A stretch of 64,000 nucleotides of DNA from Candidatus Omnitrophota bacterium (GTDB taxonomy: Bacteria; Omnitrophota; Gorgyraeia; Gygaellales; Profunditerraquicolaceae): contig JALOQK010000002.1 in NCBI GenBank assembly GCA_025453395.1, forward strand, positions 346,509-410,508, written 5' to 3'. This document shows, one piece after another, positions 25,753-34,162 of this stretch. The position numbers were made by a program, and so were the translations under genes. The first letter of the stretch is position 1, and every line of letters begins with the position of its first letter. The notes below the pieces were generated by a model. It was not told the origin of the DNA. It was given only the letters and a program-made list of their open reading frames with translations, and searched no databases.

Positions 25753-27143
25753 CTTTTAAAATCATCCTGGAAACGCTTGATATCATCTTCTTCAAGATAT
25801 GCCCCGGTCTGCACTTCCACGATTTTAAGCGGGCAGTTCTGCGGATTTTCCAAACGATGTTTAACGCCTTTGGGGATATAAATACTTTGATTGCTTCTTA
25901 CGATGCGCACGGCGCTATCGCTTGTAACTTTGGCAACTCCTGAAACAACCACCCAATGCTCTGCCCTGTGCTTATGGCTTTGCAAACTCAAACGTTTTTT
26001 AGCAGAGATCTCAATAAGCTTAATCTTAAAACCGGCGGCGCCATGCAAAACAGTATACTCTCCCCATGGCCTCTTATCGGTCAGATGAGCGATATGCTCG
26101 TTGCGCCCTTTCTTTTGCAGGCTATCAACGACTTTCTTTACATCTTCAGCCTTATTTCTGTCGCAGATAAGAAGCGCATCTGGGGTATCGGCGATAATTA
26201 AATTCTCCAGGCCTATGGTAGAGATCAGGCGGTTGCTGCGGCTAAAAACACAAATACCGCGGCTGTCAAAATCCATACAATCAGCCTGATAGATATTGCC
26301 TTTTTTATTTTTCTGAAAGACCTGCTGCAATGCGTCCCAACTGCCTAAATCCGTCCAGGAAAATTCAGCCTTAACTAAAGCGATATTTTTGGCATGCTCC
26401 ATGATCCCATAATCCACAGAAACCGGATGAATTTCTCCCCAATAAACTGCAATATCTTCTTGAGAATTTATTTTCTCAAGTGTTTTGTGCAAACCAGGCA
26501 AATATCTCTTGATTTGTTCATAAAAAACTTGCGCCTTCCAAACAAAAATCCCGCTATTCCAAAAGAATCGTTTATCCTTAAAATATATTTTCGCTTTATC
26601 TAAAGGCGGCTTCTCCAGAAATTTCTCCACCTTATAAAGCTGACGGCTGATAGCTGATAGCTGATAGCTGACCTTTATGTACCCGTATCCGGCCGCCGGA
26701 TATTTAGGCTTAATGCCGATAGTAACCAAAAAGTCTTTTCTTGCCGCTTCTAAAGCCTGTTTAATGGTAAATTTAAATCCATTCATCCCGGATATATAAT
26801 GATCTGCCGGTAAAACAATCAAATTAGCGTTTTTATCCTTTGCCAAAATAAGCTTGGCGCATAATCCTATTGCGGAAGCGGTATTCTTTCCTTGCGGCTC
26901 AAGAATAATGTTCTGCGGGAGCATCTTAAATTTCTCAAGCTGGCGTCTAACCTCATAACCATAAGCCTTATTAGTGACAATATATATATTTTCCGCCGGA
27001 ACAATACCATTCAGGCGTAAAACCGTAGCCTGAATAAGGCTTTTGTCGCCTATAATCTGCATAAATTGTTTAGGCTCAAGCTGCCGGCTAAACGGCCAAA
27101 AACGGCTTCCTACCCCTCCAGCAAGTATCACGGCGTAATTCAT
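25749..27143 (-). CDS. manC: mannose-1-phosphate guanylyltransferase / mannose-6-phosphate isomerase (bifunctional type II PMI)
   Basis: MNYAVILAGGVGSRFWPFSR is the NTP-transferase motif. The C-terminal cupin region includes WGEYTVL...SLQSHKHRAEHWVVVSG. I placed the start at the internal Met (27143), which overlaps the upstream stop by 4 nt. Confidence 0.85.
   Translation of the reverse strand: MNYAVILAGGVGSRFWPFSRQLEPKQFMQIIGDKSLIQATVLRLNGIVPAENIYIVTNKAYGYEVRRQLEKFKMLPQNIILEPQGKNTASAIGLCAKLILAKDKNANLIVLPADHYISGMNGFKFTIKQALEAARKDFLVTIGIKPKYPAAGYGYIKVSYQLSAISRQLYKVEKFLEKPPLDKAKIYFKDKRFFWNSGIFVWKAQVFYEQIKRYLPGLHKTLEKINSQEDIAVYWGEIHPVSVDYGIMEHAKNIALVKAEFSWTDLGSWDALQQVFQKNKKGNIYQADCMDFDSRGICVFSRSNRLISTIGLENLIIADTPDALLICDRNKAEDVKKVVDSLQKKGRNEHIAHLTDKRPWGEYTVLHGAAGFKIKLIEISAKKRLSLQSHKHRAEHWVVVSGVAKVTSDSAVRIVRSNQSIYIPKGVKHRLENPQNCPLKIVEVQTGAYLEEDDIKRFQDDFKR
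26639..26673. repeat. heptamer tandem repeat (GCTGAYR)x5, equivalent to (TAGCTGA)x3 plus flanking variants, inside manC
   Basis: The array reads gctgacg gctgata gctgata gctgata gctgacc. The coding strand encodes YQLSAISRQL. Confidence 0.9.
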
Positions 27144-28078
27144 ATTTTTAGAAACTCCTTTGCCTTGTTTAAAACATCTTCCACGCTTATATCTTGCAAT
27201 GATTTCGCCTCCAACACAGCGCTGCGGCTTGCTCTGGGGCCCCAACGAAGCGGGCATTTCCCGGGAATATCATTGCGAAAAATAGCTATTGTGGGAGTAT
27301 CCACACAGGAAGCAAGATGCACCGGCCCGCTATCCCCTGATATAAGAAGGCTGCTTTTCTTTAATATCCCGGCTAACTGCGGCAGGGTAGTTTTTCCTGT
27401 GTAATCAAAAACCTTTTGCTTATCAAGCCCAAAAAATACTCTTTCTGCCTCTTGAAGCTGTTCTTTGCCGCCAACTATAATTATAGGCAAATTACAACAC
27501 TTAAGCAACCGTTCAATAAGTCCACGAAAATTTTCAAGCGGCCATTGCTTAACCTGATCGCTTGTCCAGGGATGCACTACTATTCCGGATAAAAACCCAT
27601 CTGCCTGTTTTGTGTCAATATTAAGGGACAAGCGCTTATCAAAATCTTTTATCCCCAAGACCGAAACCAGCTCAAGGTTAGAATCAATCTCATGCTTATT
27701 GCCAGCGTGTTTTTGATCAGAAGCCTTATGGGTTAAGAAAAAATCCCACTTACGCTTCCAACCCAAACGAACCTTTGCTGCGGATAAAAAAGAAATAAGA
27801 TGCGCCTGCTTTGAAGGATTAAACACCGCAAAAACTCCTATTCTTTTGCGGCGCAATTCTCTTGAGAAAGACAAAACTTCGGCCAGAGAATGTTTTCTGT
27901 TCTCCCAGATTAAAACCTCATCTACACCGGGAATAAATCTTGCTATATCCGCAACAACAGTATCGACTGCTAAAATAAGCTTAAATCCCGGGAACAATTG
28001 TTTTAGCGCCCTAAACGCCGGGATGCTTAATAGAAACTCGCCAAAACGATCATTGCGCAAACAAATAATATTAGGCAC
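27140..28078 (-). CDS. glycosyltransferase family 9 (heptosyltransferase-like), second copy
   Basis: MPNIICLRNDRFGEFLLSIPAFRAL...GKTTLPQLAGILKKSSLLISGDSGPVHLA matches the family. Confidence 0.8.
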   Translation of the reverse strand: MPNIICLRNDRFGEFLLSIPAFRALKQLFPGFKLILAVDTVVADIARFIPGVDEVLIWENRKHSLAEVLSFSRELRRKRIGVFAVFNPSKQAHLISFLSAAKVRLGWKRKWDFFLTHKASDQKHAGNKHEIDSNLELVSVLGIKDFDKRLSLNIDTKQADGFLSGIVVHPWTSDQVKQWPLENFRGLIERLLKCCNLPIIIVGGKEQLQEAERVFFGLDKQKVFDYTGKTTLPQLAGILKKSSLLISGDSGPVHLASCVDTPTIAIFRNDIPGKCPLRWGPRASRSAVLEAKSLQDISVEDVLNKAKEFLKI

Positions 28079-29297
28079 AAGAAATCCTTCTTAAACTTAA
28101 AAGAAGCCCGCACAAATACCAAAAGATAAGCGCTACACGGGCATAATAAAGGCTGCTTTCAGTCAAGCCATTCACAAGAAACGCGATGACGCATGCGGTC
28201 AATGACAAACAAATAACTTTCAGGTAATCATCTTTGAGGCAAGAAAAAGTTGATTTTGCCTCTTTAAAAACAGCGAATATAAACCAGAGAAAAACCGCCA
28301 ACCCCGCCAACCCCACCTCAACAGCCATATGCAGAAAATTGTTATGCGCGTAAATATAATCTATGGTCTCAACCCCTCTGTATGCCGGTACAGTATATTT
28401 ATAGCCCTTATAATCTTTCATATATGTATTGGCGCCAAAACCAATAACCGGATGGTCTTTTATCATTTCTATAGAGCGCTTATATATAGTGACCCTATCA
28501 TCATTGCACATGAATCTTAAGGGATTGTAATCAACTTCTTTGGCCCACTTCTTAACTGAAAGCGGTAACATTAACGGCGCCAATACGGTAAATACAGCTA
28601 AGAAAATAATAAGTTTTTTATTTTTTCTCGCGATAGCAAAAAACCATAAAACAACATATATGGCTAACAGCGTCGGCCTTGAGTATGTTAAAGCAATGCC
28701 TAAGACGCCTAGAATCGAAACTATAACCAAAGAAACCCTCTTTAGGCCTTTATGATAGAAGAATGCCCCGCCTAAAACAGCCGGGACAAGCGCGCTCAGA
28801 TAAATCCCCAGCGTATTCGCGTCGCCAAAAGATGAAGTCGCGCGCAAAAGCCCGATATTAAGTATAACATCAGTGCCCCTAATAAAATCTTTTCCCGAAT
28901 AAACCTGCCAAAACTCATTAGCGCATGTCAAAATTATCCCGGCGCAAAACGATAAAATTATGCGGCTTAAGTGTTTCTTATCCTGGACGGAATAATAAAC
29001 GGCGTATAAAACTAAAATATATTCTAAAAGCCGCAGGATGCCGCCTCTTAAAGTATCTTTAATGCTTACTGAATGCAATATGGATACACAGGTTAGCAGG
29101 AAGAAAATCGCAAGCGGCAAGTTTATCGAAAGCCTCGGGAAAAAACTTTCCCGATCAAGAAGTTTTTTCAGCAAAAAACCCGATAATAAAATGCCCATAA
29201 ACACATTCGTGGGAGCCTGGTTTATCGCCATAAAAAACGGAATAGCGATAATTGAATAATACACCATAAAAAAAGCTGTTTTCTTTGCCAAGTCCAT
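28071..29297 (-). CDS. O-antigen ligase / O-antigen polymerase-family membrane protein (Wzy_C-like)
   Basis: It is a polytopic membrane protein with the loop segment ALTYSRPTLLAI. The start is uncertain: the ORF track gives 29345, and I used the internal Met at 29297. Confidence 0.6.
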   Translation of the reverse strand: MDLAKKTAFFMVYYSIIAIPFFMAINQAPTNVFMGILLSGFLLKKLLDRESFFPRLSINLPLAIFFLLTCVSILHSVSIKDTLRGGILRLLEYILVLYAVYYSVQDKKHLSRIILSFCAGIILTCANEFWQVYSGKDFIRGTDVILNIGLLRATSSFGDANTLGIYLSALVPAVLGGAFFYHKGLKRVSLVIVSILGVLGIALTYSRPTLLAIYVVLWFFAIARKNKKLIIFLAVFTVLAPLMLPLSVKKWAKEVDYNPLRFMCNDDRVTIYKRSIEMIKDHPVIGFGANTYMKDYKGYKYTVPAYRGVETIDYIYAHNNFLHMAVEVGLAGLAVFLWFIFAVFKEAKSTFSCLKDDYLKVICLSLTACVIAFLVNGLTESSLYYARVALIFWYLCGLLLSLRRISCA

Positions 29298-29302
29298 AAG
29301 CT

Positions 29303-29980
29303 TCACCCCGTTATTCTGTATTTTATTAAATAAAATATCGCCCACAATCCATCATGCCAGCGTATCTTCTTGCCCTCTTTATATGTCCTGGGAAAATACT
29401 GTACCGCCACTTCCGATATCTTCAGTTTCTTCTTAAGCGCCTTGCAGATCATTTCCACATCAAAATCAAAACCCGTGGCCTTTAAGCTTAAAGAACTGAA
29501 TACTTCTTTTCTGGCGATTTTGTAACAGGTGGCATAGTCATTAAGATTGCTTCCAAAAAGAAAATTCAGCAGTCCGGTCAAGAACCGGTTCCCCAGGCGA
29601 TGCACATGCAACCCTGAATGGCCTTGCGTAAATCTTGCCCCCAAGACAATATCAGCGTTAGTCTGTTTTATCTGCTGAATAAGCTTAAAATAATCCGCCG
29701 GGTCATATTCCAGATCCGCGTCCTGGATAATCACGAATTCTCCCTGCGCGTGAGACAAACCAGTCAAAACGGCTTGCCCCTTGCCGCGGTTATTCGCGTG
29801 ATGAATAACCTGCAGTTCAGGATATTTTATTTCGTTTAACACCTTGTGCGTATTGTCTGTTGAGCCGTCATCAACCGCGATGATTTCCTTATCCATAGGC
29901 AGTTGATTGATTTTATCCAGGATTTGCCTAACAGTGGCTGACTCATTATACACCGGGACTATAACTGACAGGTATGGCAT
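29303..29980 (-). CDS. GT2 polyprenyl-phosphate sugar synthase-like (Dpm1/ArnC-like, 225 aa)
   Basis: LSVIVPVYNE...AVDDGSTDNT...QDADLEYDP is the GT-A DxD pattern. Confidence 0.8.
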   Translation of the reverse strand: MPYLSVIVPVYNESATVRQILDKINQLPMDKEIIAVDDGSTDNTHKVLNEIKYPELQVIHHANNRGKGQAVLTGLSHAQGEFVIIQDADLEYDPADYFKLIQQIKQTNADIVLGARFTQGHSGLHVHRLGNRFLTGLLNFLFGSNLNDYATCYKIARKEVFSSLSLKATGFDFDVEMICKALKKKLKISEVAVQYFPRTYKEGKKIRWHDGLWAIFYLIKYRITG

Positions 29981-29983
29981 ATT

Positions 29984-30682
29984 TTATCCTTTTATTCTCC
30001 TTGTGATCGCCCAGAAATAAAGCTTTAAATACGCAGGCATTAGTTTAAAGACTTTAAAATTTGATTTTCCTTTGGTCCTTTCATTCCAGGCTGTAGGGAT
30101 CTGCGTGATTTTGTAGCCCATAAAATACGCCTTGAGCGGAATTTCCATGGATATCTCAAAACCCCGGGAATAAGTAGTAATGCTGTCTATTACTTCTTTT
30201 CTATACATCTTAAAGGCGTTAGTTATATCAGAAGTGGGAATTCCGATAAGAAAACGCGTGGATACCCCGGCAAAGGAAGATAAAAACGCCTTAAACGCCG
30301 AGCCCCCTTTGCGCGCGCCTGAATGGATATACCTTGAGCCGCAGGCGATATCAAAACCCTGTTTTATTTTTTCATATAACTGCGCAATATCATTTAAATC
30401 ATCGCACAGATCTCCCATCACCGGCAAAAACACATCCCCCTTAGCGCTTTTAAAACCAAACCTTAAAGCATTAGCAAAACCTTTATCCGTGATATTATCC
30501 ACTACCGAGAGGTTTTGATAATCTTTAAGCAAACTTAAAGCCAATTCACCGGTTTTATCGCTTGAGTGGTCGTTAACTATCAACAGCTCGTGCGGTATTT
30601 TCACGGTTTCTTCAATCTTGGCAATAACCTCGCAAATATTTTCTTCCTCGTTGTAAACTGGGACAATTATGGATAACTTCAT
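29984..30682 (-). CDS. GT2 polyprenyl-phosphate sugar synthase-like (Dpm1/ArnC-like, 232 aa)
   Basis: LSIIVPVYNEEENI...VNDHSSDKT...VMGDLCDD matches the family. Confidence 0.8.
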   Translation of the reverse strand: MKLSIIVPVYNEEENICEVIAKIEETVKIPHELLIVNDHSSDKTGELALSLLKDYQNLSVVDNITDKGFANALRFGFKSAKGDVFLPVMGDLCDDLNDIAQLYEKIKQGFDIACGSRYIHSGARKGGSAFKAFLSSFAGVSTRFLIGIPTSDITNAFKMYRKEVIDSITTYSRGFEISMEIPLKAYFMGYKITQIPTAWNERTKGKSNFKVFKLMPAYLKLYFWAITRRIKG

Positions 30683-32685
30683 ATATTTAATTTATAAATA
30701 CGGGTTTCTCTATTGTCAAAAACAAGCGTAAAATTTTCCGGGTGCGCTTTTGCCCATTGGTCCTCTATGGGAAAAACAAGCTGTTTTGTCTGATGCAAAG
30801 AATAGACAAAAAGATAACCGGCGCCTCTTCGCTTAAGGTTACCCAGCCAATCAGCATAACTTGCCATACCGCGATAATTGTTTGGCTGTTGAAAACTTAA
30901 ATGCATATCCATAAAGTCAATCCCCCATTTATAACTGCTCTCTGGAAAATAATGCAGTTTTACCGGGTCAATCTTATTAACGGAAACATAAAAAACATTA
31001 TTCTTGAAATTAGCCCCGTATAAGGGGAAAGGCACAGGCCTGCCGGTATAAGCAATATTATCAGTTTTTGTATTCTGGTTTAACCATTCCCACGCCTCTG
31101 TGGCATCCGGCCAAAAACCGGAAGATTTCACCATCTTTCTGTAGCGCGCAAACTCATTTTTCTGGTGATATTTTTGAGCAAAAACAAGGCTCAACAATAT
31201 AAAAACCAAAATAAGCGGATAATGCGATTTCTTAAGCCTTAGCCTGAAGCTTGCGAAAAATAAAACCGCGGCAAGAACAAGCGAAATGACAAGTTCGATT
31301 TTCTTTGCCATCTCCGGGAACGAACATAAAAAACAAACAAAAACCGCCCAACGTATAATTTTTATAGGCACCTTCAATTGCCATATAATATAAAATGCCC
31401 AGGCCATGCTAATCCCAAAGAATGCATACAGGTATCTTAAGTTAGCTAACGGGATATAATAGCGGTAAACAAACCAGAATAATAACGGCATTACCGAGAA
31501 AAACCCCAGGATAAAATTTTTATTCTTCTCTTTGAATAATAAAAATACCGGAGCAAGAAATACCACCGGCAAAATAAAAATAACGGTCTGAAGGCCTAAC
31601 CCCTCGCCGAAAAGTATTTTCTTTAAACTATAGGCACTGGAAGTAAAATGCGCGCGGTAAACCGCCATATCCATTACCCCGGGAAAAACAGCTTTACCAA
31701 ATAAAGAGAAATTCAATGGATAAAAAGGATTACCGGTTTCTATAAAATTGCGCAGATAACTAAAAGCGCCAAAAATAAATATCAGGCCAATTGCTATCAC
31801 GGGCAAATATATTTTCTTAAGGTTTCTCAGGCATATATAGCCGTAGGGAAGCGCCAAAAGAAAAGCATAAGGAAGCGCTATTGTCTTTACTCCGATCATA
31901 AGCCCGGCACTTATGGCAAATAAGATTGTATTCTTAAAGCTAAATTCCTTGGATAAAACAAACAGGTAATACAACCCGGATAAAAACAAACCCGCGACCA
32001 TCAAATCAACATAGGCAATACTTATTTGACGGAAAAGATTCGGGATAACCGCGAACAAACACGCCCCATAAAATGAAACTTCCCTGTCCGCCTTGAAGAA
32101 ACGGATAATTTTATATACCAACAACACAGATAACAGCCAAAATGGAAACTGCCCGGCATCTGCCAAAAAAACGCTTTTAAAAGGAAGGATCAACCAGAAA
32201 TAATACAAACTTGCGTTAATCGGATAATATGTGGGGCTGGGGTCGTCACCCACAACAACCGGGATATTAAGATTGGCGTTTTTCAGCCACTGCACCGGAA
32301 AAGTCAAATGATAATTGATCGCATCCCAGCCCATTGGGGGATTTAACAGAACAACAGCCATTTTCACTAAAAGGAAACTTATTATTGAGGCGCAAATGAA
32401 GCGCTCTAATTTATTAAGCGGAAAATCTATCCGGCTTATGCGCTTATTTTTTTGGCGCGCGCAAGCTAATACCAAAACCAAAATGCCGCTGTGGACAAGG
32501 ATAAGATTAGAAAAGGTAAGCCTCTCAAATACCCCTAATAGAATTTCAGTAAAGACAATTTGCGCGCTATATAATATAAAAGACGCGATACCGCATTCCA
32601 GCGCATTGGTTATTCTTAAAATGTTTTTGCTTAAGACAACCGCGCAGGTTAAAACAACAATATTGGAAAACAAAAACGCGATCAT
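30679..32685 (-). CDS. large polytopic membrane protein, putative GT-C-fold glycosyltransferase (ArnT/PMT-like)
   Basis: The 668-aa protein has 12 or more hydrophobic segments. It sits next to two Dpm1-like GT2 genes. The family assignment is inferred from this context only. Confidence 0.45.
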   Translation of the reverse strand: MIAFLFSNIVVLTCAVVLSKNILRITNALECGIASFILYSAQIVFTEILLGVFERLTFSNLILVHSGILVLVLACARQKNKRISRIDFPLNKLERFICASIISFLLVKMAVVLLNPPMGWDAINYHLTFPVQWLKNANLNIPVVVGDDPSPTYYPINASLYYFWLILPFKSVFLADAGQFPFWLLSVLLVYKIIRFFKADREVSFYGACLFAVIPNLFRQISIAYVDLMVAGLFLSGLYYLFVLSKEFSFKNTILFAISAGLMIGVKTIALPYAFLLALPYGYICLRNLKKIYLPVIAIGLIFIFGAFSYLRNFIETGNPFYPLNFSLFGKAVFPGVMDMAVYRAHFTSSAYSLKKILFGEGLGLQTVIFILPVVFLAPVFLLFKEKNKNFILGFFSVMPLLFWFVYRYYIPLANLRYLYAFFGISMAWAFYIIWQLKVPIKIIRWAVFVCFLCSFPEMAKKIELVISLVLAAVLFFASFRLRLKKSHYPLILVFILLSLVFAQKYHQKNEFARYRKMVKSSGFWPDATEAWEWLNQNTKTDNIAYTGRPVPFPLYGANFKNNVFYVSVNKIDPVKLHYFPESSYKWGIDFMDMHLSFQQPNNYRGMASYADWLGNLKRRGAGYLFVYSLHQTKQLVFPIEDQWAKAHPENFTLVFDNRETRIYKLNI

Positions 32686-33443
32686 TGCCTTATATCATAT
32701 AGTCTTGCGGTTATTAATATCCCGGAGGCAACAACCCTTATATAAACTGGCACGCCTTCAAACATATAAACACCGAGGTTTGTCCTATGGTATGGATTAT
32801 TTTTGTCTTCTCTTCTTATCTGCGCCTGCAGGTTTAGCAGATCATAAGTTTTTCTTCCCTTCCGGACAGGCTTTAACGCTGCGGCACCCAAAAAAACGTA
32901 GTTTTTCTGGTTGGTATTAATATAAAACTTACACCGCGGATTCTTGGTAAAATCAAACTTCCCCATCCCATAAACAAGCGAAAGAAAATCCTGCGTATCA
33001 GGAAAAATCACGCGCCTGACCCCGTTTAAGGCCATAACCCCTGCGGCCTGGTCATAATAAACCTCTTTGATCTTTTGCCCATGATTGCTGGTAAATAACT
33101 CCTGACGGAAATAAACCGGATTTCCGGTTTTGGGATCAAGATAAGAATCAAGTTTCACATTGCCTTTAAAAAGAAACGCGATATTTTGCGTTGTCGCCGC
33201 CTCCATCGCAAGATGCAGCGCTTTCTTCCCGGAATATGTTTCTGCCTTTGGGCTTTTAACTACAGCCTCGGCGATGGGAATTAAATTAAATAAGTACACT
33301 TTATAGGCCAAATCACTGCTTTGCGCTTTATTAATCGGCGCATTAAGCTTATCAATAATGCCTGGAATATCGCTGTTGGCACGATAATTAAAAACCGCGA
33401 TGACAAACCCGAAGGCTAAAATTAATAGAATAATTTTCTTCAT
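32682..33443 (-). CDS. hypothetical exported protein (N-terminal signal or anchor)
   Basis: MKKIILLILAFGFVIAVF is an N-terminal hydrophobic segment. I recognised no catalytic motif. Confidence 0.4.
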   Translation of the reverse strand: MKKIILLILAFGFVIAVFNYRANSDIPGIIDKLNAPINKAQSSDLAYKVYLFNLIPIAEAVVKSPKAETYSGKKALHLAMEAATTQNIAFLFKGNVKLDSYLDPKTGNPVYFRQELFTSNHGQKIKEVYYDQAAGVMALNGVRRVIFPDTQDFLSLVYGMGKFDFTKNPRCKFYINTNQKNYVFLGAAALKPVRKGRKTYDLLNLQAQIRREDKNNPYHRTNLGVYMFEGVPVYIRVVASGILITARLYDIRQ

Positions 33444-33461
33444 AGGAACTTGCCCCCGCTT

Positions 33462-33620
33462 CTAAAATAAAGTATAAATAAAAGGCGCTACAACGGACGA
33501 TTGCGAGAAAAAGATTAAAAGCCCCAAGAGAAGAAGCATCACCACTATCGGGGTCAGCCACCATTTCTTGCGTACTCTTAAAAACATCCAAAATTCTTTT
33601 AATATTGTAAACTTCCCCAT
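33462..33620 (-). CDS. DUF5989/SxtK-like small membrane protein (52 aa); not in the ORF track
   Basis: Reverse-complement translation gives MGKFTILKEFWMFLRVRKKWWLTPIVVMLLLLGLLIFFSQSSVVAPFIYTLF*. A strong SD sequence (GGAGGAGG) lies 6 nt upstream. The RKKWWL...APFIYTLF signature is that of the small proteins found beside SxtJ and carbamoyltransferase genes. Confidence 0.55.
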   Translation of the reverse strand: MGKFTILKEFWMFLRVRKKWWLTPIVVMLLLLGLLIFFSQSSVVAPFIYTLF

Positions 33621-33745
33621 ACCCCCTCCTCCAGTAGAAAACTAAACACTTGATCCTCCGCCCAGTAAGGGCGTACTTTGCCTTCCGCCCCGCGGGGCGT
33701 ACTTGGCAATCCTTATTGCCAAGGTTACGATAGGCAAAGGTACCA

Positions 33746-34162
33746 TTAAAATTGGTGCAAATAACTTTCAGGGGTAAATTCCCCCTTCTCTTTTTTCTTC
33801 CAGTAAGTCTTACTATTCTTATCAATCTTTCTTTCCAATAAATCCTTGCCCAACAATCTTATCATTATTCCAATGGGTGTAAAAATAAGGTAAAACATAA
33901 TGATCAACAAGATACGGGTATTTATCCAGCTTAAGATCTTTGCCAGCTTCATCCATAAAATATAAACCGGCTTTAAAACAAAAGGGCAAACTACCGCTAA
34001 AACAAGAAAAATTAGGGATATCGCTAATAGCCAATAATTGATATGCTTGTGAAAGAAAAAAACCAAGGCAAAAATAACTGCTAAGGCAACTGCCATAGTT
34101 AAGCCGAAATTTTTTAATGTCTTCTTATCAAATACAATATCCATAAGCTTAATCCAGTTCAA
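33746..34162 (-). CDS. SxtJ-like membrane protein (138 aa)
   Basis: It has two or three transmembrane segments and lies directly downstream of, and overlapping, the carbamoyltransferase gene. The family is assigned from memory and from context. Confidence 0.5.
   Translation of the reverse strand: MNWIKLMDIVFDKKTLKNFGLTMAVALAVIFALVFFFHKHINYWLLAISLIFLVLAVVCPFVLKPVYILWMKLAKILSWINTRILLIIMFYLIFTPIGIMIRLLGKDLLERKIDKNSKTYWKKKEKGEFTPESYLHQF

Noticed and set aside
33388-34034. Minus-strand ORFs 33388..33825 (145 aa) and 33822..34034 (70 aa)
   Set aside because: They overlap, in other frames, the well-supported DUF5989-like gene (33462..33620), the structured spacer and the SxtJ-like gene (33746..34162). 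Their Arg/Gly-rich translations are low-complexity and lack an SD sequence.
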